From IMG/VR virus record IMGVR_UViG_3300031801_001562: a stretch of DNA of 64,000 bases. One strand, given 5' to 3'. This stretch comes from a virus. Taxonomy: Duplodnaviria; Caudoviricetes. The position numbers and the translations under genes are program-made. Shown here in pieces: positions 52,291-62,718 of the stretch (the stretch's first letter is position 1; every line of letters begins with the position of its first letter). The notes below the pieces were generated by a model, which was not told the origin of the DNA, did no database searches, and saw only the letters and a program-made list of their open reading frames with translations.

Positions 52291-53595
52291 TTATCTAACA
52301 TGTCTCGAAATAGCTGACATATAGTGTTCCATACCAGCAGGTACGGCTTCTTTTTCGCTTTCTTCGTCATTATTTGATGATTCCATATCTTCGACCAGAG
52401 CAACCTTCTTATCTTCTGAAGGAAAGTAATTTTCTTTAAGAACTTCGACTTTTTGTTCGTAGTCCTCTGCATCGTCAGCTTCAACATTTTCAGCTAATTC
52501 CGCCACTTTTTCTTTCTGGGTCTCAGTTAAGTCTTTCGTCAATGACGATAAAACTTTTTCTTTTTTAACTTTTGTAAGTTCTGACTGAATGTCAACATTT
52601 TTACTAACTTGTTCATTCAGTTCTGATTCTAAGGATTCAACCTTATCGAATAGATCATCGACTACATCAACCTTCTCATCTGGAATTGTGATGTAGTGTT
52701 CTGTGAATAGATCTTTTAGTCCAACTAGGAACCCTTCGGTTAATTCTGAGCGAATTCCTTTTTCGATGGCTAATTGATTATCTTTTACCCATTCTTCGGA
52801 AACATAGTTGAGATAATTATCAACTTTTTCTACAATTTCTTGTATATAGGCGTCAAGTTCTTCAGATAATCGTTCTTGCATTTGCTCTTCGAGTTCTTGT
52901 TCTTTCCCGATCACAACTTGATTAACTTTAGCTTGAACAGCTGCTTCGAAAATGGTACTTGCTTTTTCTTTAAAAGCATCAGAAAGATCTTCACCTTCGG
53001 TTAACGCATCAATATCATCTTGAACGTCAAGTGGTTTAGTATCTTCTTCGTCTGTACCTTCTTGAATTGTTAGAGAACTAAGAATAGACTCATAATGCGC
53101 TGCAATCTGATCTTTTTTCAGCTTGCCTAGTCTTTCATAGACAGCTGCCATCATACCAGATTTGGTTTTTGGCATTTCATCTTCTTCTTTTACTTTAGCC
53201 ATTGGTTCGCCTTTGGCATCCATCTTAGCTTTTCCTTTAATGGGATTACCCATAGCTGTTCCAGAACCTTTAACTTCAGCAGGTGGTGACACATCTTGTG
53301 CTTTTTCACCTTTAGGTCCTTCGCCGTCTTTTCCACCTTTACCAGGTCCGGGTTGATTTTTACTGTCCTCTTGAACCTTACGTGCTTCCTGAACAAGACC
53401 TATCTCTTCCAACAATTCATCAGTCTCAGTGGCCGATAGCCCTTCTTCTTCGCATTTTGATTTAATCTGTTCAACGAGCTCTTCCCTTGCCTCGCCGTCT
53501 AATTCTAATGCTTGTTGAGCTAATGTTTCTAGTTCGTTCACACTATTGGCAAGAGTCTGCTGCTGTTCGGCAGTTTCTTGTTCAGACATTTGCAT
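52291..53595 (-). CDS. gp22: gp22 prohead core scaffold protein
   Basis: FKEKASTIFEAAV, KVD.YL.YV.EEW..DN.LAIE.GIR; acidic coiled coil; synteny. Confidence 0.92.
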   Translation of the reverse strand: MQMSEQETAEQQQTLANSVNELETLAQQALELDGEAREELVEQIKSKCEEEGLSATETDELLEEIGLVQEARKVQEDSKNQPGPGKGGKDGEGPKGEKAQDVSPPAEVKGSGTAMGNPIKGKAKMDAKGEPMAKVKEEDEMPKTKSGMMAAVYERLGKLKKDQIAAHYESILSSLTIQEGTDEEDTKPLDVQDDIDALTEGEDLSDAFKEKASTIFEAAVQAKVNQVVIGKEQELEEQMQERLSEELDAYIQEIVEKVDNYLNYVSEEWVKDNQLAIEKGIRSELTEGFLVGLKDLFTEHYITIPDEKVDVVDDLFDKVESLESELNEQVSKNVDIQSELTKVKKEKVLSSLTKDLTETQKEKVAELAENVEADDAEDYEQKVEVLKENYFPSEDKKVALVEDMESSNNDEESEKEAVPAGMEHYMSAISRHVR

Positions 53596-53634
53596 TCTCC
53601 TTTAGAATATCTTTAGAATATTTGTTACTGTTAT

Positions 53635-53642
53635 TATTTATA
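53635..53642 (-). promoter_or_regulatory. T4 late promoter TATAAATA upstream of gp22
   Basis: Exact consensus. Confidence 0.7.
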
Positions 53643-53645
53643 ACA

Positions 53646-54302
53646 TTAAAGCCTTGACATGAACCTTTCAAAGGATGAAGCCAAGGCAGATTCATCCGGT
53701 TTTACTTTTATAAATTCTTTAACTATATCGTCTTTAATTTCTTGAACATCTGCTTCTTTTAAAATACCATTATTCCAAATCCATTCTCTACCTTCCATGA
53801 TGCCTTCTACGAAAGCCATGGGCGCAGAAGGATCAGCGACAATGTCTCCGGCTGTTGCAAGATGAAAATCATTTTGTACTATTTGGGAACCACCTAATGT
53901 TTTTAATGAACCCATTCCTCTGGAACTTACTCCTAATTTAGCACCTTCATCAATTAAATTTTTGACAATTTTACCATATGGAGTTTCCATAATCTTTGCT
54001 TTTCCAATAAAATTTGAACCATCTTGTTTGAGTTCCTTAACCATATGTGAAACTCTTTCAAGATTAATAGTGGGTCCATCCGGATGTCCTAATTCTCCAA
54101 ATGCTCTATTGGTATCAATATATTGTTTAGAATATCTATTTACTTCGTTTTGCATAGTTTCTAATGGATAGACTCGTCCGTTTCTATTTTTTTGTTCTGC
54201 TTGTAAAAATACACCTTTGATGTAGTAACTTTTTTGATCTGTAGAAGCGTCCTTTTCTACAAGCATTTCAACGTCTTCCATTAATTCGCAAATGAGTTTC
54301 AT
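53646..54302 (-). CDS. gp21: gp21 prohead protease
   Basis: KNRNGRVYP, GELGHP, VSH, GVSSRGMGS, DIVADPSAP.AFV.GIME. Confidence 0.97.
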   Translation of the reverse strand: MKLICELMEDVEMLVEKDASTDQKSYYIKGVFLQAEQKNRNGRVYPLETMQNEVNRYSKQYIDTNRAFGELGHPDGPTINLERVSHMVKELKQDGSNFIGKAKIMETPYGKIVKNLIDEGAKLGVSSRGMGSLKTLGGSQIVQNDFHLATAGDIVADPSAPMAFVEGIMEGREWIWNNGILKEADVQEIKDDIVKEFIKVKPDESALASSFERFMSRL

Positions 54303-54310
54303 TTAATTCC

Positions 54311-54574
54311 TTATCTGAGGGCAACTTTGGTTAATAATACACCGGCATTTGCCGCGAAAATCCAATCTGTAGGGTCTTTTTCAATATAAATATCTGCGCC
54401 ACCTGCTAAAACAAAGCTACCTTTTATAACGCTACCTCCAGTTTCCACCGTGACTAGATGATTAGTAGTTGTATTATTAAATGCTCTAACGCAAGTCGCG
54501 GAGCCTACATCTTCGCCTGCGCCGGTTTGTATCGCGGCCGGTATTGATGCTCCTAAAGCTTTAATCATTCTCAT
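54311..54574 (-). CDS. conserved hypothetical protein of the head cluster
   Basis: ORF track; IEKDPTD.IFA motif; synteny. Confidence 0.7.
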   Translation of the reverse strand: MRMIKALGASIPAAIQTGAGEDVGSATCVRAFNNTTTNHLVTVETGGSVIKGSFVLAGGADIYIEKDPTDWIFAANAGVLLTKVALR

Positions 54575-54605
54575 TGTTAAATATCCTAACTTGAATTGTT
54601 ATGTT

Positions 54606-54613
54606 TATTTATA
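54606..54613 (-). promoter_or_regulatory. T4 late promoter TATAAATA
   Basis: Exact consensus, intergenic. Confidence 0.65.
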
Positions 54614-54625
54614 CAATTTCTTCGG

Positions 54626-54805
54626 TTATGATTCCGATTTATTTTTATCAAATAAATTAGAATTAAAATCTTTTTGTAATTCCATTATACGACTCGAGGT
54701 TTTATCTTTTAAAACATCTAATGCTCTGTCACGAGCTTTGTATTCTCTTCCACACAGTATATCGTCAATCATATCCGCTATAGTTTCTCTACCTCTATTT
54801 TCCAA
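54626..54805 (-). CDS. small prohead core protein (gp67-like); probable TTG start at 54805
   Basis: Position right after the portal gene; IADMIDDIL...AL.VL..K.S..I....F...LF pattern. Confidence 0.55.
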   Translation of the reverse strand: MENRGRETIADMIDDILCGREYKARDRALDVLKDKTSSRIMELQKDFNSNLFDKNKSES

Positions 54806-56441
54806 CCCTTTTCCTTCTAGGTAGGCTATATAATTTTCCACCTGTAAGCATTTCCGGTTTAACTTCTTCGGGTTGTGCCGGTTGTTCGGGAGGAGGCATT
54901 TGTTGTCCGGGCTGTACATTTATCTGATTTGCTGGAGCAGCTGCTGGATCGGCAGGTATTTGCGGAGGTACTTCAGCAGCATCTTGCTCGGCTTCCTTAG
55001 CCTCTTTTTCTATTTCTTTTTCTATTTTCTGTTGCTCATCTGGTGTATGTCTTAATATGTTATCTTTAACGTATTGTTTAGATATATATGTTCCTACTAA
55101 TTCTTCAACATCCCTCATCATATTATATCTATCGGTCTGTAATTCTTGAGATTTTAGTTCAGCAAAATGATTATCCAATGCATAATTAAATCTGATTGTT
55201 TCTCTTAATTTATTCCATTCCGATGTATGAATAACATTTTTAAGAATTAATTGTTTTTCTAGGCATTGATAAAATAAATGTGAAAATCTTATTCTAATTC
55301 TATCAATAAATCTTGAAAATTTTAATTCGTCTCTGCTAATTTCAGATGCTCTACCTAATACAAAGGGAGTATCGGCTTCTAATCGTGATAAGGGGACATT
55401 TAATGATTGATATAATTTCCTTCTGAAATAATCAACATCGTCCATTTCACCTAGATTTTGACCACCAGGTAAAGTAGTTATTTCTGTTCCTCTTCCTCCT
55501 TCTCTCCTAGGAAGCCAATAATCTTCTAACATCGATTGATGTCGTCTATCATCTTTTATATCACCTGTAGCAGCATCATAAACTAATTTATTTTTATACC
55601 GAGTCATAATATCTTTGAGATATTGTTCGGCTTTCATTTTAGGCAAATTACCTACATCAATATAAAAAATCCTTCGTTCCGGTGCTCTTGCAATTCTATA
55701 AATTACAACTGCATCTTCCAACATTCTTAATTGATTTAAACCTTTAATGGCTTTATGCAAATGAGAAATAACATATTTTTTATCTTTAGTCATTACTCCT
55801 GAATGAGCCATTATAATAGAATCTGGTGCTACTTTAACGCCCAGTTGGCTTGGGGTCAATAAACCCTTATCATTAAATAGATAATATTCATGAAATTTTG
55901 GTAATTTAAAGACACTAGGTGAATGTTTAGGGTCTGGTTTTATTTCTCTAACCTTTTTAATTTTAAGAGAGTCTATTAATCTAAGCTCTTTTATTCCTTG
56001 TTGAGGTTCTTGAGGATCAATCATTACATGATAATATACCCTACCTTCAATATACCATCTTTTAAAAATATCATATGCTTGATTATTAAAATCGAGCATT
56101 TTTAAAATGATATCGAACTCTTCATCAATTCTATTTTTTAGACCTTTAGATAAATCCGTTTTTGTTAAATCTAATTCAACTGGATTTCTATTTTGATTTG
56201 TGATGATAGCTTCTTGAATAATATTTTCAACAGCCATATCGCATTCGGGGTGTTCAATCATTTCCCTATATTTCATGATTAAATCGGATTCAGTTTTAGC
56301 GGTTGCTTCTAAATCTAAATAGGAAGCAAAAGCACCTCCGGCAGAGGTGGCTTCAACTGCGCCTTCTTCATTTTCGGGAAATGCCAGAGCTGGGATGTCT
56401 GGCTTTTTATCTCTCTCAATATTAAATCCAAATAACTTCAT
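54795..56441 (-). CDS. gp20: gp20 portal protein
   Basis: YR.[50 protein letters not shown]. Confidence 0.98.
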   Translation of the reverse strand: [548 protein letters not shown]

Positions 56442-56462
56442 GATATATTTTTTAATTTAAGA

Positions 56463-57020
56463 TTATGTGTCTTTTTTGATGCTAGCTTGTCCGTGAAGAT
56501 AGTAATCATATTGCCAATCTATTGTGAATTCTTGAATAGTATTAACACTGTCCCAATTTAAATCAATTGCGGACATGTTAGAAGGCCAGGCATTGTGAAA
56601 AACCCAATCTTGATCAGGCGTACTTCCACCTTCCTTCTTATACATTTCTAAGGTAATAGTTGCAGTATAATTTGCGCGCGAGTTGAATAAGGACGCCTCT
56701 GCTACATTCCCTTTGGCTTGATTAAACTTCTCAAACCATTTCACCATAGCCTTATAAATTGCTGCATCTTCATCGTTTACAACAGTTGTAGTTAATGGGG
56801 CAAATTCTCTGCTTTCTCCTGCAACTTTTACATTTCTACCAAAATATGGAACTTCGATGGGAGTAATTGTAGAACCGGGAATATTTGAAGCTTTACACAA
56901 ATATGAAAAAATGTTATCCATTCCTGTTGTCGGAGAGGTGATTTTTGCCCACATCAAATTAGTACGAGCACCACCACTTCTAATCGCCGTAGTGAAATCA
57001 ACTACATTAAAATTTCCCAT
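56463..57020 (-). CDS. gp19: gp19 tail tube protein, copy 2
   Basis: GGARTNL, CKAS.IPGS, Y.GR..K.AG, WP......L.WD, W.YDY. Confidence 0.88.
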   Translation of the reverse strand: MGNFNVVDFTTAIRSGGARTNLMWAKITSPTTGMDNIFSYLCKASNIPGSTITPIEVPYFGRNVKVAGESREFAPLTTTVVNDEDAAIYKAMVKWFEKFNQAKGNVAEASLFNSRANYTATITLEMYKKEGGSTPDQDWVFHNAWPSNMSAIDLNWDSVNTIQEFTIDWQYDYYLHGQASIKKDT

Positions 57021-57061
57021 CTTTTTTTCCTATTTTTGTTAGTGCTTTCGAAGTCTAAGCT

Positions 57062-57634
57062 TTACTTACTTACTTTGTCCATTCGCCAATAATCATAAGC
57101 CCAAGTAACAGAGTATTCCATTATAGCATCATTGGGTTCCCAATTAACATCGATTTGGTCTAAAGAAGTAGGCCAAACATTATACAATTTCCACAGCCCT
57201 GTATTCCCGCCGGCTTTTCCCCTAGTCTGTATGTCCAACGTTGCGGTATAACCAGTAAGTTTATTTGTATGACTAGCCGCTCTTACATTACCAAAATGAG
57301 AATTTATTTTATTCATCCAATTTTCGATTTTGTTCCGGAGCGCGTAACCTTCATCATTTAAAATAGTAGTTGTCATATCTTCAAAAGATCTGTTACCAGG
57401 TAATTTTACTGCTCGACCCATATAATTAACGGATACTATCCCTACGGCACTAGAAGGAATTTGGACTCCCTTGCACATAAAACCGAAGGTTTTGTTATCC
57501 ATTACACCGGTTTTACTGTTCTCAGCTAGATTGCCCTTAAAGATAAGATTGGCGTTAAATAAAGATGCTCTTGCACCCCCTCCAGCCAATTTTGATATAA
57601 AAGAATCCGATCCGTCTACTACAAATCCTGGCAT
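57062..57634 (-). CDS. gp19: gp19 tail tube protein, copy 1
   Basis: GGGAR..LF, CKG..IP.S, YMGR..KLPG.R.F, WPTS...I...W, WAYDYW. Confidence 0.9.
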   Translation of the reverse strand: MPGFVVDGSDSFISKLAGGGARASLFNANLIFKGNLAENSKTGVMDNKTFGFMCKGVQIPSSAVGIVSVNYMGRAVKLPGNRSFEDMTTTILNDEGYALRNKIENWMNKINSHFGNVRAASHTNKLTGYTATLDIQTRGKAGGNTGLWKLYNVWPTSLDQIDVNWEPNDAIMEYSVTWAYDYWRMDKVSK

Positions 57635-57672
57635 TTTTTCTTCCTTCGTATATTAATTATAATTTATATTGT

Positions 57673-57701
57673 TATTTATACGATATTTTATATTATTTAT
57701 A
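57673..57701 (-). promoter_or_regulatory. two T4 late promoters TATAAATA (57673-80, 57694-701) upstream of gp19
   Basis: Exact consensus twice. Confidence 0.65.
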
Positions 57702-59898
57702 CTGCGTTTACAACTTCTTCAAAATCTACACCGCTTCTTACAGCAACGAAGTTCAACAATACAAAGTTAATACTCTTAGTTGGTTTGACAAAAATACTAC
57801 CGATAAATTCATTTCGATCAATAACCTCTTGAGTATTATTAGATTCGTCACAAACTACTGCGAAATCTGTTATACCCCCTCGTCCCTGAATATCTCTGAG
57901 AAAAGGTTCAACTGAAGAAACAAAACTGGATCTGGTAAAATCATCATTGAATTCAAACATTGAAAATCTAGCAAAATTTGCAATTGACTTTTCTAATGTA
58001 ATAAAAAGCCTTCTGACGTTAATTCTATCAAATGCTGATGGTTTAGCTAATAGAGTTTTATCACCAAATAACAATGTTCCTTGTCCTGCAAAAGAAACAA
58101 CCGGATTTACACCATTTTTATAAAGTAAATCTCTTTGTGTTTTATTTGGATTCCATGCTAACCTAGCAACATTTTTAACTGATCCTCTATTAAATCCCGC
58201 TGGTGAGAAGAAAAAATCTCTTTCAACAGTAGTTCGTACAACTAATCCTGCAGTATCCGGATTCAATGGAACATATCTGAAAGTATCATTATACTTGTCA
58301 TATTGATATTTCCAACCACAATCTATAACTGAATAAGATGAACTTGGCAATAAATTTCTAAAATCATTAACTGCATCTACTTCATTTCCTTCATTATTAA
58401 CAACATCTGATTGTTCCGGTGAAACGAAGACCATACAATCTTTACGCGTTTCTGCAATATTACTAATAAGATATGAATTAATAACTGAAGAAACAGCTCC
58501 AGTTATGATCAAAGAAACATCAACATCTTCTGCTGATTTAAATTTATCATATCCCAAAATAATATTAGCGTCAGATAATTCTTGTCCGTCTGCGCCACCT
58601 GTCATGCTAGCCGAGATATTAGTTCTGGATTGTGTATAAGATGGTTTAGAAGCAACATTAGCAGATGTGCCCCATGCAGCTGTATTAGGAGCTGTATCAG
58701 CACCTGTTCCGTTAGGATGTTTCATCCACCAAATATATTTGGATCGTCTATTAATTGCCTCTTTATAATAAAGCGCTTGACCATCTTCAGATTTACCGTC
58801 GCTGGCTACTGACAAAGCTGGAAAAATTTCAAGAACAGTTCCTTTGGCACCTGTCCATTCTCCATCTTCGTCTGTTATTATTACATGAACTTCATCATTA
58901 GTCACACCTCTGCGAGTTGCAAAATCGGAGGTAGTTGGAGGATAATCGAAATTACCCGCAAATTCCCATTCTCTGAGATAATTTACTGCAGTCGAAAGAG
59001 CGGCTGAACTTGGAGAAAGTGGATCGACTAGTGTAGCCGATGTATTACTGGTAATAGAAGCTACTTCGAGTGATTCACCAGAAATAGTTACCTTGTCTCC
59101 AACTGTTAGTTGTATATCAAAATATGTTCCCACTCCAGTCATTACTTTTCTTGCAGCGTCAGAAACTTGAACGGTTCCCATTATAGCGCCGAATGCATCT
59201 TGGCCTACTGCTTTATAATGAGATGATACAGTTCTTACAAGGCTTGCTGCACTAGATACATCGGTATTTTGTGAAGATACAACTGTCATTCCTGAATCAG
59301 TACCAATTGCTGTTACAAGATAAAAGGTAGTACCTATATGAACAACATCACTTATTTGTAATTCTGATGTAAATGCTGTTGATGTTCCTGTGACTGTTCC
59401 TTCTTGAGCAGCAAAAGCTATTGTTACAGTTCCTGAGAGCCCGACGGCGGCAATGTCGGCACCACATAAAGATACCTTCAGTGAATTGCCTAATTCTCCG
59501 GCAAATTTAGATGCAAATTCTCCGTAATCATTTGAAGAACCAGATCCTCCATATTCTGAGTAATATGTATTATAATAAGATTCATCGCTTTTAATTAAAA
59601 CCGCGTTTGCTGAATCTGTAGTTGCGTTATATGCTGATGAATTTGCTACTCGAACAACATTCAAATTTTGTCCGTAGGCTAAAAAATTCGCCGCTGAAAA
59701 AAAACTTAGATATGTTGAAGAGTCAGGCTTCTGGAAGTTTTCCACCAGTAGATCTTCACTGCTTACATTAACAATTTTATCTATAGGTCCCCAGCGAAAA
59801 GCCCCAGCAAAAGCACCTGCAGTTGTTCCTGTCTCAGGTACTATGGTAGTTAAATCTATTTCGCGAGTAACTACTCCTGGACTTACTGTAAATGCCAT
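57697..59898 (-). CDS. gp18: gp18 tail sheath protein
   Basis: SPGV..REID, F.WGP, WFF SPAG.NRG, FGDKT, FDRINVRRLF, KP..SINF..L.FVA. Confidence 0.97.
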   Translation of the reverse strand: MAFTVSPGVVTREIDLTTIVPETGTTAGAFAGAFRWGPIDKIVNVSSEDLLVENFQKPDSSTYLSFFSAANFLAYGQNLNVVRVANSSAYNATTDSANAVLIKSDESYYNTYYSEYGGSGSSNDYGEFASKFAGELGNSLKVSLCGADIAAVGLSGTVTIAFAAQEGTVTGTSTAFTSELQISDVVHIGTTFYLVTAIGTDSGMTVVSSQNTDVSSAASLVRTVSSHYKAVGQDAFGAIMGTVQVSDAARKVMTGVGTYFDIQLTVGDKVTISGESLEVASITSNTSATLVDPLSPSSAALSTAVNYLREWEFAGNFDYPPTTSDFATRRGVTNDEVHVIITDEDGEWTGAKGTVLEIFPALSVASDGKSEDGQALYYKEAINRRSKYIWWMKHPNGTGADTAPNTAAWGTSANVASKPSYTQSRTNISASMTGGADGQELSDANIILGYDKFKSAEDVDVSLIITGAVSSVINSYLISNIAETRKDCMVFVSPEQSDVVNNEGNEVDAVNDFRNLLPSSSYSVIDCGWKYQYDKYNDTFRYVPLNPDTAGLVVRTTVERDFFFSPAGFNRGSVKNVARLAWNPNKTQRDLLYKNGVNPVVSFAGQGTLLFGDKTLLAKPSAFDRINVRRLFITLEKSIANFARFSMFEFNDDFTRSSFVSSVEPFLRDIQGRGGITDFAVVCDESNNTQEVIDRNEFIGSIFVKPTKSINFVLLNFVAVRSGVDFEEVVNAV

Positions 59899-59959
59899 CT
59901 TCTTCTCCTGTAAATCGCTGAAAATTTTATTAAGTTCATGTACTATTAGTTACTATGAT

Positions 59960-59967
59960 TATTTATA
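59960..59967 (-). promoter_or_regulatory. T4 late promoter TATAAATA upstream of gp18
   Basis: Exact consensus. Confidence 0.7.
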
Positions 59968-59979
59968 AACTTCCTGTTC

Positions 59980-61632
59980 TTATGCTCCGAATACATTATG
60001 GCCAGATTCTTCTAACATTCGATCAGTTCTTTCAACAGTCCATTGCTGACCTTTATTATCAATAATGGTTTCCTGTTCTAGTCCATCTTCAATAAATCCG
60101 AAAGGTAAATAAGATTCGTCTATTTCTTTCATTTTTTCAGAATACATCTTTTCTCTTAAATCAAAATCAGTTAATTCTTTAAAATATTGCTGATTTGTTA
60201 GCCATGCAAATATTACAAGGGTAATAACTAAATCATCATGATGTCCTTCTTCTGCTTCATATGATTCTTTTTTAGCCGAGAAAGATGTAAGTTCATATAT
60301 TATATCATAATCTGTAATTATAAGTTTGTCTTCTTCTATTAAATTTTTTAATGTTTGACATCCTAGGCGTTTAACTTGTTTTGTAGTTCTTACACCCCAT
60401 TGAGCATTTTTTCCAAATCCTCCACCTAATTGCTGACCGCCGCGTCCTTTCCAATTCATCATTAACATATTTTCATATTCCATATCTTGATGAAGAGTCA
60501 TTGCGACTTGTTCTCCTATATCATTAACCTCTACTAATACAAATGCATTATTGTAATGTTTTGCGGCTTTGTAAATAAAATTTGGATATAACATGGGAGA
60601 TATTTCATTATCTCTATATTTTGCAACTACCTTATAGGGCAGCCCTGTGCTATCGATAACAGTGAAAGCAGAATAATCTAATTGTAAACCTTTGGCTGTA
60701 TCAACTACTACTGTATAAGTATGTTTTTGTTCGGGTTGTTCAAATATGTCTAAATTTTCATAGGTATGGACTGGTGTTTTAAATGGCATAGATCTTAATT
60801 TTGAACCAGCTATTAATGTTCTTGTACTACCAATAAATTCAGTTTCGAATTCTTGTGAAAATTGTCTTTCACTTGTATTGCGAACGGTCTCTTCTTTCCA
60901 TTTCTGATCTCTGCCGGGAATTTCAGACCAATGAACTTCAATAGGTATATAATTACTTCTTTTTTCTTCAGAGTCCACCCACATTTTATAAAATTGATTT
61001 AAACCGAGTGGTGTAGATACTATAAAAACTTTTGTAGTTTGTCCGGAAGAAATAGTAGGATAAACCGAGGTAAAAAATTCTTCAGCTAATTCTTTTGGAA
61101 CGTGAGCAAACTCATCTAAGAAAATAATATTAAAAGATGAACCTCGGACAGCTGAAGAAGATGTGGCTGCTGCTAATACTTTTGAACCATTCTCTAATTC
61201 TATATTTCCTTTATTCCAAGCTAATATACCTTGTTGCATCCATATAGGTAAATTTTCATATGATAATTTTAATCTGTCTAATAATTCTCTAGCCAGAGAT
61301 CCTTTATTGGCTAGTATACCTACTTGAACATTTTCGTTAAAAAGTATATAATGTAAAAAGAAAGCTATGATGGTTGTTGATTTTCCTGATTGGCGGGGCA
61401 TCTTGCATATCACAAAACGATTATCATGAAATGTGCGAACCATATTTTCTTGAAAAGGATATAGATTAAAATCTACTAAACCATGATCAACGTGAATGAT
61501 TTTTACATATTTTGAGATAAAATAAACTGGGTCATTGTGACATCTAAGATATTCAGATAATTGTTCTTCAGTAAATTCTACTGGAACATTGGATGATTTA
61601 AGTTTTGGGTTGCCCAGGTAAGAAGTGCCCAT
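59980..61632 (-). CDS. gp17: gp17 terminase large subunit
   Basis: YLGNP.LK, RQSGKST, IFLDEFA, STP.G.N.FY, D.AKG...DYSA, HDDLV. Confidence 0.98.
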   Translation of the reverse strand: MGTSYLGNPKLKSSNVPVEFTEEQLSEYLRCHNDPVYFISKYVKIIHVDHGLVDFNLYPFQENMVRTFHDNRFVICKMPRQSGKSTTIIAFFLHYILFNENVQVGILANKGSLARELLDRLKLSYENLPIWMQQGILAWNKGNIELENGSKVLAAATSSSAVRGSSFNIIFLDEFAHVPKELAEEFFTSVYPTISSGQTTKVFIVSTPLGLNQFYKMWVDSEEKRSNYIPIEVHWSEIPGRDQKWKEETVRNTSERQFSQEFETEFIGSTRTLIAGSKLRSMPFKTPVHTYENLDIFEQPEQKHTYTVVVDTAKGLQLDYSAFTVIDSTGLPYKVVAKYRDNEISPMLYPNFIYKAAKHYNNAFVLVEVNDIGEQVAMTLHQDMEYENMLMMNWKGRGGQQLGGGFGKNAQWGVRTTKQVKRLGCQTLKNLIEEDKLIITDYDIIYELTSFSAKKESYEAEEGHHDDLVITLVIFAWLTNQQYFKELTDFDLREKMYSEKMKEIDESYLPFGFIEDGLEQETIIDNKGQQWTVERTDRMLEESGHNVFGA

Positions 61633-61639
61633 ATATTAC

Positions 61640-61882
61640 CTATTTTAATATATTTTTCCAATCAGCGGAATCATATGGAGTATTGGAATGTGGGTCTGTA
61701 GTTTTTTTGAAATGTTTTGGATCAATGGAATTAATATATTGTTCATGAGTTATATTGCAATGTTCATCGCGCCTAAATGTAACGTTTGTTTTACGAACTT
61801 CTTTTCTAACTGTTGTTCCGTTTGATTCTCTTATTGCCCGACGCGTTTTTCTAAAATTCCATACCCTTATATCATGGGACAT
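61640..61882 (-). CDS. hypothetical protein
   Basis: ORF track, coding strand. Confidence 0.6.
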   Translation of the reverse strand: MSHDIRVWNFRKTRRAIRESNGTTVRKEVRKTNVTFRRDEHCNITHEQYINSIDPKHFKKTTDPHSNTPYDSADWKNILK

Positions 61883-61890
61883 TGATTTCC

Positions 61891-62391
61891 TTACCGACCA
61901 GATTTCTTATGTATGGTCATATTTTTTCGTGCTTGTTTTATTCGCGAAGGTTCATCTCTTATAATCTGCCGTCTCATTGGTTTCATTTTTCTATTAATAA
62001 TTGCTGCTTTCATTCCCTTCCACATTTTTCTTTTTCTAATTCCAGCTGCCCCTTTTGCTTTCATTATAGCATGGGGTATGACTTGTCTTTGAGTTCTGGT
62101 CCGAGTGGAAGTTCGTATTTTATCTGCAGTTTTTCTTCTTAATTGAGATCTTTTCTTTTTCATTTTAAAAGATGTTCTTTTATTTCTTATTTTTGCTTGC
62201 CGACCCATCTTTCTCATGCGTTGGGTATACTTAGCAGTACTTTCTTTTTCAATTAAAAAGTCTTCCCCGAGTCCTAAATCTTCCAGTTCAATCCATTCGT
62301 AGAAATCAGTTAGCATATTGACTTCTTCTACTTCTTCAATGAATTCTAATATCTCTTCGTCTATTTTGGAAAGTTCACCAAATGTCAACAT
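61891..62391 (-). CDS. bipartite acidic-N/highly basic-C protein, putative internal head/DNA-condensing protein
   Basis: First ~48 aa Glu/Asp-rich ending FLIE; remainder very Arg/Lys-rich. Confidence 0.65.
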   Translation of the reverse strand: MLTFGELSKIDEEILEFIEEVEEVNMLTDFYEWIELEDLGLGEDFLIEKESTAKYTQRMRKMGRQAKIRNKRTSFKMKKKRSQLRRKTADKIRTSTRTRTQRQVIPHAIMKAKGAAGIRKRKMWKGMKAAIINRKMKPMRRQIIRDEPSRIKQARKNMTIHKKSGR

Positions 62392-62405
62392 AGGGGTCCT
62401 ATTTT

Positions 62406-62684
62406 TTAAAAAAAGTGGCCGGCTGATATCACACTGAGTAGTGCTATTATAATTGCGACCGCACTTGTAATAATAATTCTATTTTGTTTTAAATGTTGTT
62501 CAATAAATAAGGATCTCATTTCATCTATACTTGTTTTAACCTTATCAATTCTTTCATGTATTATTAATCTATCTTCTTTAAATGTTTCTTTCAATTCTTC
62601 ATATTTTTCTTCCAACCGCGCATACCTTTCCGCACATAAATCTACATGCGTCTCCAAGCTATCCTTTTCAGTTTTACTAACCAT
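62406..62684 (-). CDS. coiled-coil protein with a C-terminal transmembrane helix
   Basis: LETHVDLCAERY...IIITSAVAIIIALLSVI. Confidence 0.7.
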   Translation of the reverse strand: MVSKTEKDSLETHVDLCAERYARLEEKYEELKETFKEDRLIIHERIDKVKTSIDEMRSLFIEQHLKQNRIIITSAVAIIIALLSVISAGHFF

Positions 62685-62718
62685 CTCTCTCTTGAATTAA
62701 ATTTGTAAATGAATTCAG

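Noticed and set aside
54806-54919. 97-aa version of the ORF overlapping the portal 3' end
   Set aside because: The upstream part is the alternative frame of the Pro/Gln-rich gp20 tail; a TTG start at 54805 with an SD is more plausible
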